A stretch of 64,000 nt of DNA from a virus, in IMG/VR virus record IMGVR_UViG_3300036715_003363, one strand, 5' to 3'. The notes below the pieces were generated by a model. That model made no database searches. It was not told the DNA's origin and saw only the letters and a list, made by a program, of their open reading frames with translations. The first letter of the stretch is position 1; each line of letters opens with the position of its first letter. Below are positions 39,525 through 48,483 of this stretch, one piece after another. The translations under genes were made by a program, and so were the position numbers.

Positions 39525-40328
39525 TCAGTGCGTCTTTATGTTGTTGTGATCAATGTTAATTTCTTTAAATTTATGCACAACAAATTTGCACAGCTCTGAA
39601 CGAACAATGTCTTCTTCAGTTAATTCATGGCAAATAATTCCATGTTCAACAGATTCTGGATTATTAAATGCATCATACACTTTTGTAAATCCCGATTTTC
39701 CGTAAGGTAGATCTGATTGTTCAGGATCGCCACAAATTATAATTTTGCAGAATTCACCAACTCTTGTCATTAAGGTGTTTAATTCGCGTAAGGAAAAATT
39801 TTGGCTTTCATCACAGCAAATAAATTGAGCACTCCAGTGTAACCCGCGAGCAAAATTAATTGGACACATTGTAATGCGCTGTTCTTTCTCAAGCTTATCA
39901 ATTTGAGGCTTTGAGAGCAACTCACTAAATTTATCATTGAAGGGGGTTAGATATATGTTAAATTTCTCCGATAGATCACCTGGCAAGAACCCTAGTTTTG
40001 AATCTGAGCTCTCCACAGCAGATCGCACTAAAACAAGATCTGAAACTCTACGCTGATTAAGAAGCTGTAAACCGCAGTACATTCCTAACGTTGTCTTCGA
40101 CGTCCCGGCGACACCCTTTAAAAACATCACTTTTGTTTTTTTGCTTTGAAAAGACTCTATAATATCCTTCTGCTTTTGAGTCCACGGTAATTCTCTAATG
40201 GATAAATCGAAAGCGATTTTATCTCTTTGAAAGACATATGGTGAAGAGTTTGTAGTTGTAGCCTCCATTTTTTTAGAGACTGTGGGCTTGGTTGCTGCGG
40301 GTTTCGCCGTTCGCTTTTTATGGCTCAT
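39525..40328 (-). CDS. phoH: PhoH family ATPase
   Basis: GVAGTSKT Walker A, LGFLPGDLSEK, FARG, DESQN and GDPEQSDL. Confidence 0.95.
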   Translation of the reverse strand: MSHKKRTAKPAATKPTVSKKMEATTTNSSPYVFQRDKIAFDLSIRELPWTQKQKDIIESFQSKKTKVMFLKGVAGTSKTTLGMYCGLQLLNQRRVSDLVLVRSAVESSDSKLGFLPGDLSEKFNIYLTPFNDKFSELLSKPQIDKLEKEQRITMCPINFARGLHWSAQFICCDESQNFSLRELNTLMTRVGEFCKIIICGDPEQSDLPYGKSGFTKVYDAFNNPESVEHGIICHELTEEDIVRSELCKFVVHKFKEINIDHNNIKTH

Positions 40329-40387
40329 CTGCTAGTATTTAATCATATTCAGTTGCAGTTCAATAAAAATTATAGTACTCTACCCAA

Positions 40388-40645
40388 ATGAATACTTCTG
40401 GATACGCATTTAAGTTTAAACACGTTGGTAATGAATCAGCATTTACATCATTCAATATTGCTACTCCTCCGGACAGTTCCATTCAGGTTAAAGTCGATCA
40501 AACTGCAGATCTATCAACTCTCATTGATACATTTGAGCGTTTTATACTTGCATGCGGATTTGTACTCCCTGAGGGCGCTCATCTCGATTTTGTAGGCGAA
40601 GAAGATAGTGAGCGATTACCTATTATTGAGCATCCAGAAGAATAA
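40388..40645 (+). CDS. hypothetical protein
   Basis: 85-aa ORF divergent from phoH. Confidence 0.6.
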   Translation: MNTSGYAFKFKHVGNESAFTSFNIATPPDSSIQVKVDQTADLSTLIDTFERFILACGFVLPEGAHLDFVGEEDSERLPIIEHPEE

Positions 40646-40673
40646 ATAATAGATATATCTCTAAATAAACTTT

Positions 40674-41930
40674 ATGAATCTATATCAACAGGTGCATGAA
40701 ACGGTAGATAAAAAAATACCTTTTAATGTTAAAGATACTGTTATTGGTCCTGTGCAATGGAAAGGATCGCAACAAGCATTATACAATCTTACTGCAAACA
40801 ATAGCCCGATTGAAGACACTGACATTTCTGATGAGTACAATGCTGAAATTGCTCCTATCACTAATGATATTAAGACAATGACTGGTATTGGTCCGGGAGA
40901 GCTTGCAGTTGCTTCAGTAGTTTCAGGACACACAGATACAAATCGTTGTAGACAGATGGTTTCTGGTCAGGGTGAATCTTATGATGTGTCGTGGCCATCA
41001 TCTACAGATGTAAAATATAAATTTGAAGTTAAAAAAGAAGAAGGTGGCTCTGTTCGTGTCGGAACAATTGGAAGTCGTCTTGGCAATCCTACTGTTGAGC
41101 TTATTCGACGTATTCTCGAGAATATTCTCGAAGAATACAACATTCTCGATGAAGAGAATAGAAAGATTGTTGATGATACAATTTTGAATAGTAAAGAGCT
41201 TGTTGAGCCTGTTACACGCTTTCATAAAACAAGAAAAAATCATGATATTGGTCCAGATCCTACTCAACGTAGAAAATACGAAATTTCTCTTGCAAAAAGA
41301 TCTAGCTGGTCCGTTGAAAAATTCGTAAACGCTATCAAAGTAAATCTTACGGAGCTTCCTCTCGGAATGCTTTTTGGAGAGGATTATGAGTATGGAAATT
41401 ATTCAGGAGATAAAGTATCATCCCAGCTTCGCGCCCAAGCACTTATTATGTCTCTTAAAGCGTTTTTAGAGTGTATTGAGAACACTCACCTCAGCGATAA
41501 TGAGATTGAGCAAGATGCTCTTCGAGTTAAAGTTTTAAAAGACATATTTAAAAAATATTATAGTTCTCCGGAATCTGAAAAAAAAGAAATTACGGATGCA
41601 AGCTTAGATGCAGAAGCAGAAAAAGTTGACAGAAAACTTCTAAAACTTAAACATTCAATAACAGGAGGTAAACTATTAAAAGCAACAGACTTCTTTAAGA
41701 GCATCAGAAAATCACATCTTCTTAAAGATCTTCAAAAACATGAAGATAAAATTAAAGATGGGGAAACTGTTAGAGAATTGTTTCCAACAGGGCCAACAGG
41801 CATTAGCGGATTGTTCATTGTAAATATTAGAGGCTGGAGTTACATTCCTGAAGACAAGATTAAGGATTTTATTGAAATTACAACTTTTTCTCAAGGCCGT
41901 CCGAAGATTGCACTTAAGAAAAACCAATGA
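40674..41930 (+). CDS. putative PD-(D/E)xK nuclease-fold protein
   Basis: GIGPGELAV...SYDV...KFEVKK pattern; TAAATA 6 nt upstream. Confidence 0.5.
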   Translation: MNLYQQVHETVDKKIPFNVKDTVIGPVQWKGSQQALYNLTANNSPIEDTDISDEYNAEIAPITNDIKTMTGIGPGELAVASVVSGHTDTNRCRQMVSGQGESYDVSWPSSTDVKYKFEVKKEEGGSVRVGTIGSRLGNPTVELIRRILENILEEYNILDEENRKIVDDTILNSKELVEPVTRFHKTRKNHDIGPDPTQRRKYEISLAKRSSWSVEKFVNAIKVNLTELPLGMLFGEDYEYGNYSGDKVSSQLRAQALIMSLKAFLECIENTHLSDNEIEQDALRVKVLKDIFKKYYSSPESEKKEITDASLDAEAEKVDRKLLKLKHSITGGKLLKATDFFKSIRKSHLLKDLQKHEDKIKDGETVRELFPTGPTGISGLFIVNIRGWSYIPEDKIKDFIEITTFSQGRPKIALKKNQ

Positions 41931-42074
41931 AATTTAAGAAAAATAATTCATTTTATCTCTAGCTCTTCTATTTATTGAGCCTCCTATCTCTTACCTTTTC
42001 TAATATAGTAAGGAGTGCAATCCTTTCGAAAATATATTTTGCAATTATAATACAATGTTTTATAATTTGTGTTT

Positions 42075-42731
42075 ATGCTATCTCAAAGAAAAATAAGCTG
42101 CGCAGTAGATTTAGACGGCGTTCTTGCTGATTTATTCAATCACGTTAGTCACACATTTTTTAAAAAGAGATATCGCGACGTAACTACTAAAGAGAAAGCA
42201 GTATCGAGAAAGATGTGGACTGATAAAGAAATGTTCTATAAACACATGGGAGACGTAAAAGAGTGCTTTGCAAATCTTGATCCTTATCCGACAAACAATG
42301 CATTACTTAAAACAGTAATTGATAAGTTTGGAGGCTTTTACATTTGTACTCATCCCACTGATGTTGATATAGATGCTTGTATTAAAGGAAAAAGTATTTG
42401 GATTAAAAAGCACATTATTCCGCATTGGGGAAAATATCTACTTGGAGTAGAATTTCCGCATGATAAATCAGAGCTTGCAGTTAACGAAGACGGTTCCCCG
42501 AATGTGCTTATCGATGACTTTCAACCCTATGTCGATAAATGGAATGCAAAAGGTGGAATTGCAATTAGGCTGCAGTCAGACAATTTCCGTAGCGATGCTG
42601 AGGTTGAAAACTATTTAGATGGTGAATTTAAGAGAATATCTAAGGATATTGTAGATGATAATAAAACCGTGAGATCCCAAGAGCTCCCAAGCGAAACACA
42701 CGTTAAAAACGAGTTCTTTCAACAGTATTAA
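42075..42731 (+). CDS. HAD-family 5'(3')-deoxyribonucleotidase
   Basis: DLDGVLAD, K..WI and LIDD...KW..KGGIAI. ATG 42075 lies 8 nt after TATAAT (alternative start GTG 42069). Confidence 0.85.
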   Translation: MLSQRKISCAVDLDGVLADLFNHVSHTFFKKRYRDVTTKEKAVSRKMWTDKEMFYKHMGDVKECFANLDPYPTNNALLKTVIDKFGGFYICTHPTDVDIDACIKGKSIWIKKHIIPHWGKYLLGVEFPHDKSELAVNEDGSPNVLIDDFQPYVDKWNAKGGIAIRLQSDNFRSDAEVENYLDGEFKRISKDIVDDNKTVRSQELPSETHVKNEFFQQY

Positions 42732-42777
42732 AGGAATTCAGAGTTGCACTTTCTTTAAAATCATTCAGTATATTGAA

Positions 42778-43401
42778 ATGGGATTATTTTCAACACTAGT
42801 AGTACAGGCAAAACTGCCTCTTAATAAAGAAATTCGTGCAGCGTTTCCGGATAGAAACTGGAAAGAGGTTGTCTTCCAGACAAAAGATCTTGACTGCGCG
42901 TTGGATCACTACAAGATTAGCAGAAGCGGAGTCTTATATAAAGAAAAAATTGAAGGAGAGTGGATTACACCAGAAAGATTGAAAGGTGACTCTTGGCTCG
43001 CTTCTCTTCCGTACATCGAAGAAAAATCATATAAGTGGGTTAAGGCTAAGAATGATCGAACAGCTACTATTGAGTTCTATGATTATGATCTTGATAGAGA
43101 AGGAAACAGATGGGATATTGTTTTTTTTGTGACATTTATTGACGGTAAAATCAACACACCAATAACACTCAGTAAAGCAGAAGTTGTACAGACTGCAAAA
43201 GAAATTAAAGATCAGGAGAAGGATCGAGAAAACAAAAGAGTAATTGAATCATCAAAACTCCATAACAGAGTTCGCGTTTTTATGAACAATATTACATGCT
43301 CTCATTGGAAGTCATTCTGGAAGTTTACCTCAATGCAACTGTCCAAAGCTAGCAAGTTCCTTTCATTTGTGCAGATATTCATACTTCGATATATTGCTTG
43401 A
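42778..43401 (+). CDS. conserved hypothetical phage protein
   Basis: MGLFSTL...FQTKDLDCALDHYKI resembles a widespread phage family of unknown function. Confidence 0.65.
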   Translation: MGLFSTLVVQAKLPLNKEIRAAFPDRNWKEVVFQTKDLDCALDHYKISRSGVLYKEKIEGEWITPERLKGDSWLASLPYIEEKSYKWVKAKNDRTATIEFYDYDLDREGNRWDIVFFVTFIDGKINTPITLSKAEVVQTAKEIKDQEKDRENKRVIESSKLHNRVRVFMNNITCSHWKSFWKFTSMQLSKASKFLSFVQIFILRYIA

Positions 43402-43426
43402 CGGTTCCTCCTATTTATTGTAGGAT
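43398..43426 (+). promoter_or_regulatory. sigma70-like promoter TTGACG-17-TAGGAT
   Basis: 17-nt spacer, TG extension, ATG 6 nt downstream of the -10 box. Confidence 0.65.
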
Positions 43427-43432
43427 TAAAAC

Positions 43433-44254
43433 ATGAACATTATTGCCCTTGGAGACATACACAACAATACTGTCTCAGCACAGAAGATTGTTGAGCGGTA
43501 CGAAAACACACATAAAATCGTGTGTGTTGGCGACTATTTTGATTCGTTTACGGGCGATGACGCTGAAGCAACTGCTTACTGGCTCAAGGACTTTATTAAT
43601 AAGCCTAACACAGTTGCCCTTATCGGCAATCACGATTTGCCATATTCTCCGTACGGAAAGATAAGGACGCATCCATCGAGTGTGTGGAGAGTGTTTTACC
43701 CCTGTTCGGGATACACATCTGAAAAAGATGAAATTATTAACTCAGTCCTAACAAAAGAAGACTGGGCAAAGGTTAAGACATTTCATTACGAAAACGGATG
43801 GCTTTTTACTCACGCCGGAGTTCACCCGTATTGGTTTGAACATCCAGTTATTGGAATGACTATTGATCATGTAATTGGAATTCTCCATAAAACAGAGGAC
43901 GCTTATCGCACACTAAACTGGACCCCGATCTTGGGCGAAGCTGGAATATATCGTGGCGGAAGAAGTAAGGTTGGAGGAATACTCTGGCATGATCATCAAC
44001 GCGAAGCTGAGCCAATACAAGGCATTAATCAAATTTACGGGCATACACCTCTCACAGATAATATGAGCAACGGAATTAATGTCATCAGGGAAGATGACGG
44101 CTGTAATGTCTGCATCGATTGCGGTCTCGAGGAAGTATTACAGGTGTACGAAGACGGAAAACTTAGAATGATGAACACGGATATTCCAAACTTTTATTTT
44201 CATAAAAAGGAAGTCCATATTAAAAAGTTAAAAGAGTGTATGACGACATCATGA
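43433..44254 (+). CDS. calcineurin-like metallophosphoesterase
   Basis: GDIH, GDYFD, GNHD, THAG and GHT motifs. Confidence 0.9.
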   Translation: MNIIALGDIHNNTVSAQKIVERYENTHKIVCVGDYFDSFTGDDAEATAYWLKDFINKPNTVALIGNHDLPYSPYGKIRTHPSSVWRVFYPCSGYTSEKDEIINSVLTKEDWAKVKTFHYENGWLFTHAGVHPYWFEHPVIGMTIDHVIGILHKTEDAYRTLNWTPILGEAGIYRGGRSKVGGILWHDHQREAEPIQGINQIYGHTPLTDNMSNGINVIREDDGCNVCIDCGLEEVLQVYEDGKLRMMNTDIPNFYFHKKEVHIKKLKECMTTS

Positions 44255-44322
44255 ATTATTTAAATAAATCGTAATTTTAATTTGCAAGATATTAACAAAG
44301 AGTATAATATAATGTAACACAA

Positions 44323-44607
44323 ATGAAGAGTATCTTTAGTATTCTATTTCCGCCTCAGAAATCATACAAGGATCTTCTCGAGGAAGCTGCGACATTAACA
44401 AAAACAATGAAAGAAGAAGCATATGAGTTTTCCTCTAATCTTAATTGTGTTTTTGCGCCTCCGATCACACTGAAAGGAAAGAATGGAAAGATGTATACTC
44501 TCAACGATATATTAAAAAGTCACAACACTCTTCTCAAACAAAATAGAGAACTTATTGTGAGAATTAAGGAGCTTGAAGGATCCTTGAAGGAGTATGAAAA
44601 GTATTAG
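44323..44607 (+). CDS. hypothetical protein
   Basis: 94-aa ORF with a coiled-coil C-terminus. Confidence 0.6.
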   Translation: MKSIFSILFPPQKSYKDLLEEAATLTKTMKEEAYEFSSNLNCVFAPPITLKGKNGKMYTLNDILKSHNTLLKQNRELIVRIKELEGSLKEYEKY

Positions 44608-44741
44608 TAAAGGTATTGCAATGGTCGGATTTGCTATTGAGGCTTCCTAGTTAACAAGTGTGGATCCATCACATTGCGGATTTGCCTGACTAATTCTAGA
44701 TATTTGGATATTATTTGAAGATTGAAACTAATAAGATGTAA

Positions 44742-44852
44742 ATGAATATAATTCAAGAATATAATAACGCAGTTTTCTGGGTAAGTTATGCACTCATAGT
44801 ATTTTTAATCGCTCGAATTATTTACATTAACGATATTCACAATGATAGATAA
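44742..44852 (+). CDS. small TM peptide (36 aa)
   Basis: MNIIQEYNNAVFWVSYALIVFLIARIIYINDIHNDR. Confidence 0.4.
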   Translation: MNIIQEYNNAVFWVSYALIVFLIARIIYINDIHNDR

Positions 44853-44913
44853 AGAAATTGAAGCAATTCAGAATATACTGGATAGTTCCTTCTGAATCTG
44901 TTAATATTAAAAT

Positions 44914-45006
44914 ATGAAACCATCCAATAAAGAATACGTTGCTGTGTTCATCATGATCGCATACGCTGCGCTTCTCCTTCTTATTATTTCTCACACTGTA
45001 AAATAA
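44914..45006 (+). CDS. small TM peptide (30 aa)
   Basis: MKPSNKEYVAVFIMIAYAALLLLIISHTVK. Confidence 0.4.
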   Translation: MKPSNKEYVAVFIMIAYAALLLLIISHTVK

Positions 45007-45166
45007 TATGGGTGGCAACAGCTTAATCAAAACCACACTGAAACAATAGCTAAAGTATGAAACTAGCATCTCTAGAAATGATAAACGTGAATGGCGTTGA
45101 TTATGTTCAAACAGTTGAACAATGGTTTTAAGTGGAGCTTTCTATCTTCAGAAGATAAATAACTCT

Positions 45167-45760
45167 GTGAAAAAGATAATTTTATTCGTAGCTCTAATGT
45201 TTGTGAGCTGCACCCCTCGATATATTGAAAAATATTCTGAGCCGCTAGCGCAAGCAACTTATGGTGTTAATGACTCTCTTGCAAAATCTCGTGTTGATCT
45301 TGCATGGTATTATTCCAATGAAGTAACAAAGCTTGTTGCTCCTCCAAAAAACAGAATTCCGATTAAAGCAGTATACAGTCATAATGGAAATGGTGTAAAA
45401 GTTAAATCAACATATACAGATCAAGGCCAGAGAGTTTTGATTATACCTGATTCCTATAAGAATGACAAGGTAGTAGTTGTTGATTCAGCTGAATATGATG
45501 CACTCAAAAAGGATAGCGCTACTGCAAAGCAGCTCGCAGATGAATTAAAAAGTAAAAATGAAGCAACTGCATTAGTAGATAAGCAGAGAAAAGTTGATGC
45601 TCAGAATCAGTTAAAGCTCATTGATAACTATAATACTGCACAGAAGCAGATTATTAAAAAGGATCTCGCAATTCTTTGGCGAGATATTATCATAGTAGTG
45701 CTCACAACTATTATTGCACTTTACATTGCATGGCGCCTAAAAATCTTTGCAGCTATTTAA
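45167..45760 (+). CDS. lipoprotein with C-terminal TM helix, candidate unimolecular spanin
   Basis: GTG 5 nt after TAAATA gives MKKIILFVALMFVSC (lipobox Cys15); C-terminal DIIIVVLTTIIALYIAW; located in the lysis cluster. Confidence 0.7.
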   Translation: MKKIILFVALMFVSCTPRYIEKYSEPLAQATYGVNDSLAKSRVDLAWYYSNEVTKLVAPPKNRIPIKAVYSHNGNGVKVKSTYTDQGQRVLIIPDSYKNDKVVVVDSAEYDALKKDSATAKQLADELKSKNEATALVDKQRKVDAQNQLKLIDNYNTAQKQIIKKDLAILWRDIIIVVLTTIIALYIAWRLKIFAAI

Positions 45761-45764
45761 TTTT

Positions 45765-45947
45765 ATGTCAGACGAAACACCCGCTCCAGATCAAACAGAT
45801 ACAACAATACAAAAGGCTGATACTGTAGTTATTAAAGACACTCAGATTGCTGTTACAAAAATTGAAGCCTTTGCTCTTGTTCATCCAAAGATTACAGCTG
45901 CGATCATATTCTTTATTCTCGGTTTTGTTTTTGGTAAGCTACTTTAA
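45765..45947 (+). CDS. small C-terminally anchored membrane protein
   Basis: 60 aa ending HPKITAAIIFFILGFVFGKLL. Confidence 0.55.
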   Translation: MSDETPAPDQTDTTIQKADTVVIKDTQIAVTKIEAFALVHPKITAAIIFFILGFVFGKLL

Positions 45948-45962
45948 TAGATAAATATATAT

Positions 45963-46421
45963 ATGTGGGACTCAATCCTGGATATATATAAATCAGCAAC
46001 AGCTTTTCTTCAAAACAGCAAAGCTCCTCCAAACACATCTCCTGCTCTAAAGCAGGCAATGGAAGATGAGAATCATTTTTCTTCAAAGAAGTTCTTTATT
46101 ATCTTTTCGAGTGTGTTGCTTCTTGCGTTTGTGTATTATTCAACGATTGCAATTCTATTCTTTCTCCCAATTACAGCATCAGCACACATCTCAGCATTTG
46201 TTTCAATATTTTCAGATTGTATGAAAGTATTTGGCTTGATTATTGCGAGCTATCTTGGAGTACAAACAATCGCAGATTTTTCATTTAACTCAGCATCAAA
46301 TACTAATCTGCAGAGCATCCTTGATACACAGAACAGTACTGAAATTCAACATATCATTGAAGAAGGCACTTCAGGAGCTCCTGATGTTAGACCTTATTCA
46401 ACAAACGCAATTGACGAATAA
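45963..46421 (+). CDS. holin-like membrane protein
   Basis: Two or three hydrophobic segments; directly upstream of and overlapping the endolysin start; TAAATA 5 nt upstream. Confidence 0.6.
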   Translation: MWDSILDIYKSATAFLQNSKAPPNTSPALKQAMEDENHFSSKKFFIIFSSVLLLAFVYYSTIAILFFLPITASAHISAFVSIFSDCMKVFGLIIASYLGVQTIADFSFNSASNTNLQSILDTQNSTEIQHIIEEGTSGAPDVRPYSTNAIDE

Positions 46422-47089
46422 TGAGTGCAAAAAATACAATCATTGAGATATTGAACTGCTTTGAAACAGGTAAAGCAGAAACAAACTATACTGCAATCTA
46501 TCTCTACAGAGACGGGCCTCATAGAACAAAGCAGGTAACACTTGGAAGAGGATATACTGAAGAAGGAACACTTTGGGATGTTTTCTCAGAGTATAAATCT
46601 CTTGGCGGTGAGAGTGCTGATAAGCTACTTGCGTATAAGTCATCTAAAGGAAAAGAAACTCTTGCCAGCAATAAAGAGTTTTTAAATTTGCTTATAACGA
46701 CTGCAAAGACAGATCAGAAGTTTAGAAATGCTGAAGATGCAGTGTATGACATAGGATATTGGAATAGAGGAGATAAGTGGGTTAATAAGTATGGTTTCAC
46801 ACTTCCTCTAAGCATGCTTGTCATTCAGGATTCTTTCCTGCAGAGCGGATCAATGCTCCAGTTCCTGATGAATAAATTTACGGAGAAAACTCCTATACAG
46901 AACGGAAATGAAAAAGCGTGGATTAAGGCATACTCTGAAACGAGAGAGAATTGGCTTAAAAATCACTCTAACAAAATTCTTAATTCAACAGTTTATCGTC
47001 CAAAGTTTTTCCTCGATCAAATCGAAAAGAATAATTGGAATCTAGATCAATTTCCTATTTTTCCAAATGGTGTAAGAGTTAGTATATGA
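46421..47089 (+). CDS. endolysin, chitosanase (GH46)-like
   Basis: ILNCFETG...Y....DG....TLGRGYTE and VIQDSFLQSG follow the GH46/lysozyme-superfamily pattern. Confidence 0.7.
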   Translation: MSAKNTIIEILNCFETGKAETNYTAIYLYRDGPHRTKQVTLGRGYTEEGTLWDVFSEYKSLGGESADKLLAYKSSKGKETLASNKEFLNLLITTAKTDQKFRNAEDAVYDIGYWNRGDKWVNKYGFTLPLSMLVIQDSFLQSGSMLQFLMNKFTEKTPIQNGNEKAWIKAYSETRENWLKNHSNKILNSTVYRPKFFLDQIEKNNWNLDQFPIFPNGVRVSI

Positions 47090-47331
47090 ATTTAGAAGAC
47101 GTTTATTCAAGACACGTACCGAGAAGCTCTATTTCAAATTTTTCAGTAGGAGGAGATTATCCTCAGATTGAAAGAGATCCAACAATTAGAGCTCTTGAAA
47201 GAGATGTCTTTGCTCAACTAGCTGCAGTCATTCCGCAGGAAGTAGTCGCTGAAAGTCCTCCATCATTAGAGGTTCAGGCTGTTTCGTACGAAGACGCGAT
47301 ACGCGAATTAATCGCGATGAGTAAACAGTGA
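47086..47331 (+). CDS. hypothetical protein
   Basis: 81 aa; ATGA overlap with the endolysin stop. Confidence 0.6.
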   Translation: MNLEDVYSRHVPRSSISNFSVGGDYPQIERDPTIRALERDVFAQLAAVIPQEVVAESPPSLEVQAVSYEDAIRELIAMSKQ

Positions 47332-47432
47332 GTTAATAGCTTTCAGTATAAGATACTCTCTATAAACATAGCAAAGCCAGTAGTAGTATGTGATATTTTT
47401 CTTTCATATCATTAAATAATAGATACACCACA

Positions 47433-47942
47433 ATGAAATTTAACACCTTCTTCAATAATGTTTATTCCACGCTAACTGAAGCAACTGATCATATCGTCGC
47501 TCCAAGTGATGACGATTCAAGGAGCAATACAACTCCCTATGACTATACAGTTCTTCTGATTAAAGGTCTTACTCGTAACGGTCTTATGAAGCCTGTTGAT
47601 ATTCGCAGAGTTATTACAGGAGATGAAGCAAATAAAGGATTTAGTTTTATTTGGGGATATAAAGGACTATCATACACAATTCAAGTTCTTCCGGCTGATG
47701 TTGCAAACCTTGAAGTTAGAATTACAAACATGAAAGACAGAACTGATACAAAAACAGTTGATCTTCATGAAGAGGATTCAATTGATGAGGTTGTAGATAT
47801 ACTCAATAATCTTAAAAAAGAAGAAGACAGTGAAGATATCAAGCCAGTTCAAACAAGTGAGGAGCCCTCAAGACTCCCAGGGGGAACACAAGAGCCTGAA
47901 CAATCTCAACCAGACACTAGTAATTATCTGAAGGGTCTTTAA
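47433..47942 (+). CDS. hypothetical late protein, candidate internal head protein
   Basis: TAAATA upstream; MKFNTFFNNVYSTLTE|A propeptide-like start. Confidence 0.65.
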   Translation: MKFNTFFNNVYSTLTEATDHIVAPSDDDSRSNTTPYDYTVLLIKGLTRNGLMKPVDIRRVITGDEANKGFSFIWGYKGLSYTIQVLPADVANLEVRITNMKDRTDTKTVDLHEEDSIDEVVDILNNLKKEEDSEDIKPVQTSEEPSRLPGGTQEPEQSQPDTSNYLKGL

Positions 47943-48118
47943 GACTCGATTATATGCTCGAAATCGTCGAGTTCAAGATCTTCAATTTTCTGTTTCAAAA
48001 TAGTTAAAGCGAGTTCAACTTCTGTCTCAGAAGAAAAGTTTCCTTCGAATACTTCAAAGATAATACTTTCGATAATTCCGTCAATAGTTGCATCAATTTC
48101 TGATTTTCTTAAGCTCAT
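47939..48118 (-). CDS. small acidic protein (59 aa; not in the ORF track)
   Basis: MSLRKSEIDATIDGIIESIIFEVFEGNFSSETEVELALTILKQKIEDLELDDFEHIIES. Confidence 0.55.
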   Translation of the reverse strand: MSLRKSEIDATIDGIIESIIFEVFEGNFSSETEVELALTILKQKIEDLELDDFEHIIES

Positions 48119-48126
48119 ACAAGTAA

Positions 48127-48459
48127 TTATGGCAACTTGCCTTTAAAAGTGATTTTGTCATTAAAAGAAATTCCTAATGGAAATATCGCATATACAAGAC
48201 TGATTTTTTTTCCGATGCGCTCAATAATTGGCTCAATGAATAAATAGTCATGATCAAAGATGTGCTTATATCCTATGATTATCATAAAAATCTCTGATAT
48301 TTTTATTGTAGTTGCATCTATTGGAAACATCAACGTTGTTTCATAGAACGGTTCTTGAATTCCGGTGACATCTTTTTCAAATCTCTGAGTTACTGCGTAT
48401 TCAACGCCTAGTAAAACAACCTGCTCCTTTAGTTTCTCATTTAATTCAAAACCGGTCAT
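48127..48459 (-). CDS. hypothetical protein
   Basis: 110-aa ORF in a minus-strand run. Confidence 0.55.
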   Translation of the reverse strand: MTGFELNEKLKEQVVLLGVEYAVTQRFEKDVTGIQEPFYETTLMFPIDATTIKISEIFMIIIGYKHIFDHDYLFIEPIIERIGKKISLVYAIFPLGISFNDKITFKGKLP

Positions 48460-48483
48460 ATAAGACCATATAATAGATTAAAT

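Noticed and set aside
44608-44700. tRNA-like sequence
   Set aside because: No acceptor stem, TTC-containing T-loop or CCA end; no tRNA recognised anywhere in the window.
25255-45166. ORF-track starts at 25255 (gp4), 23198 (Hef-like) and 45122 (lipoprotein)
   Set aside because: Downstream starts at 25312, 23231 and 45167 fit family N-termini, gene overlaps or promoter spacing better.
41927-47406. TAG stop-codon recoding, suggested by short ORFs that continue after an in-frame TAG (41927-42130, 44594-44689, 45008 onward, and a minus-strand ORF near 47406) and by rare TAG use at gene ends
   Set aside because: All long genes are intact under code 11 with no internal TAG. T-rich intergenic DNA gives hydrophobic translations by chance, and TAG is normally rare in AT-rich genomes.
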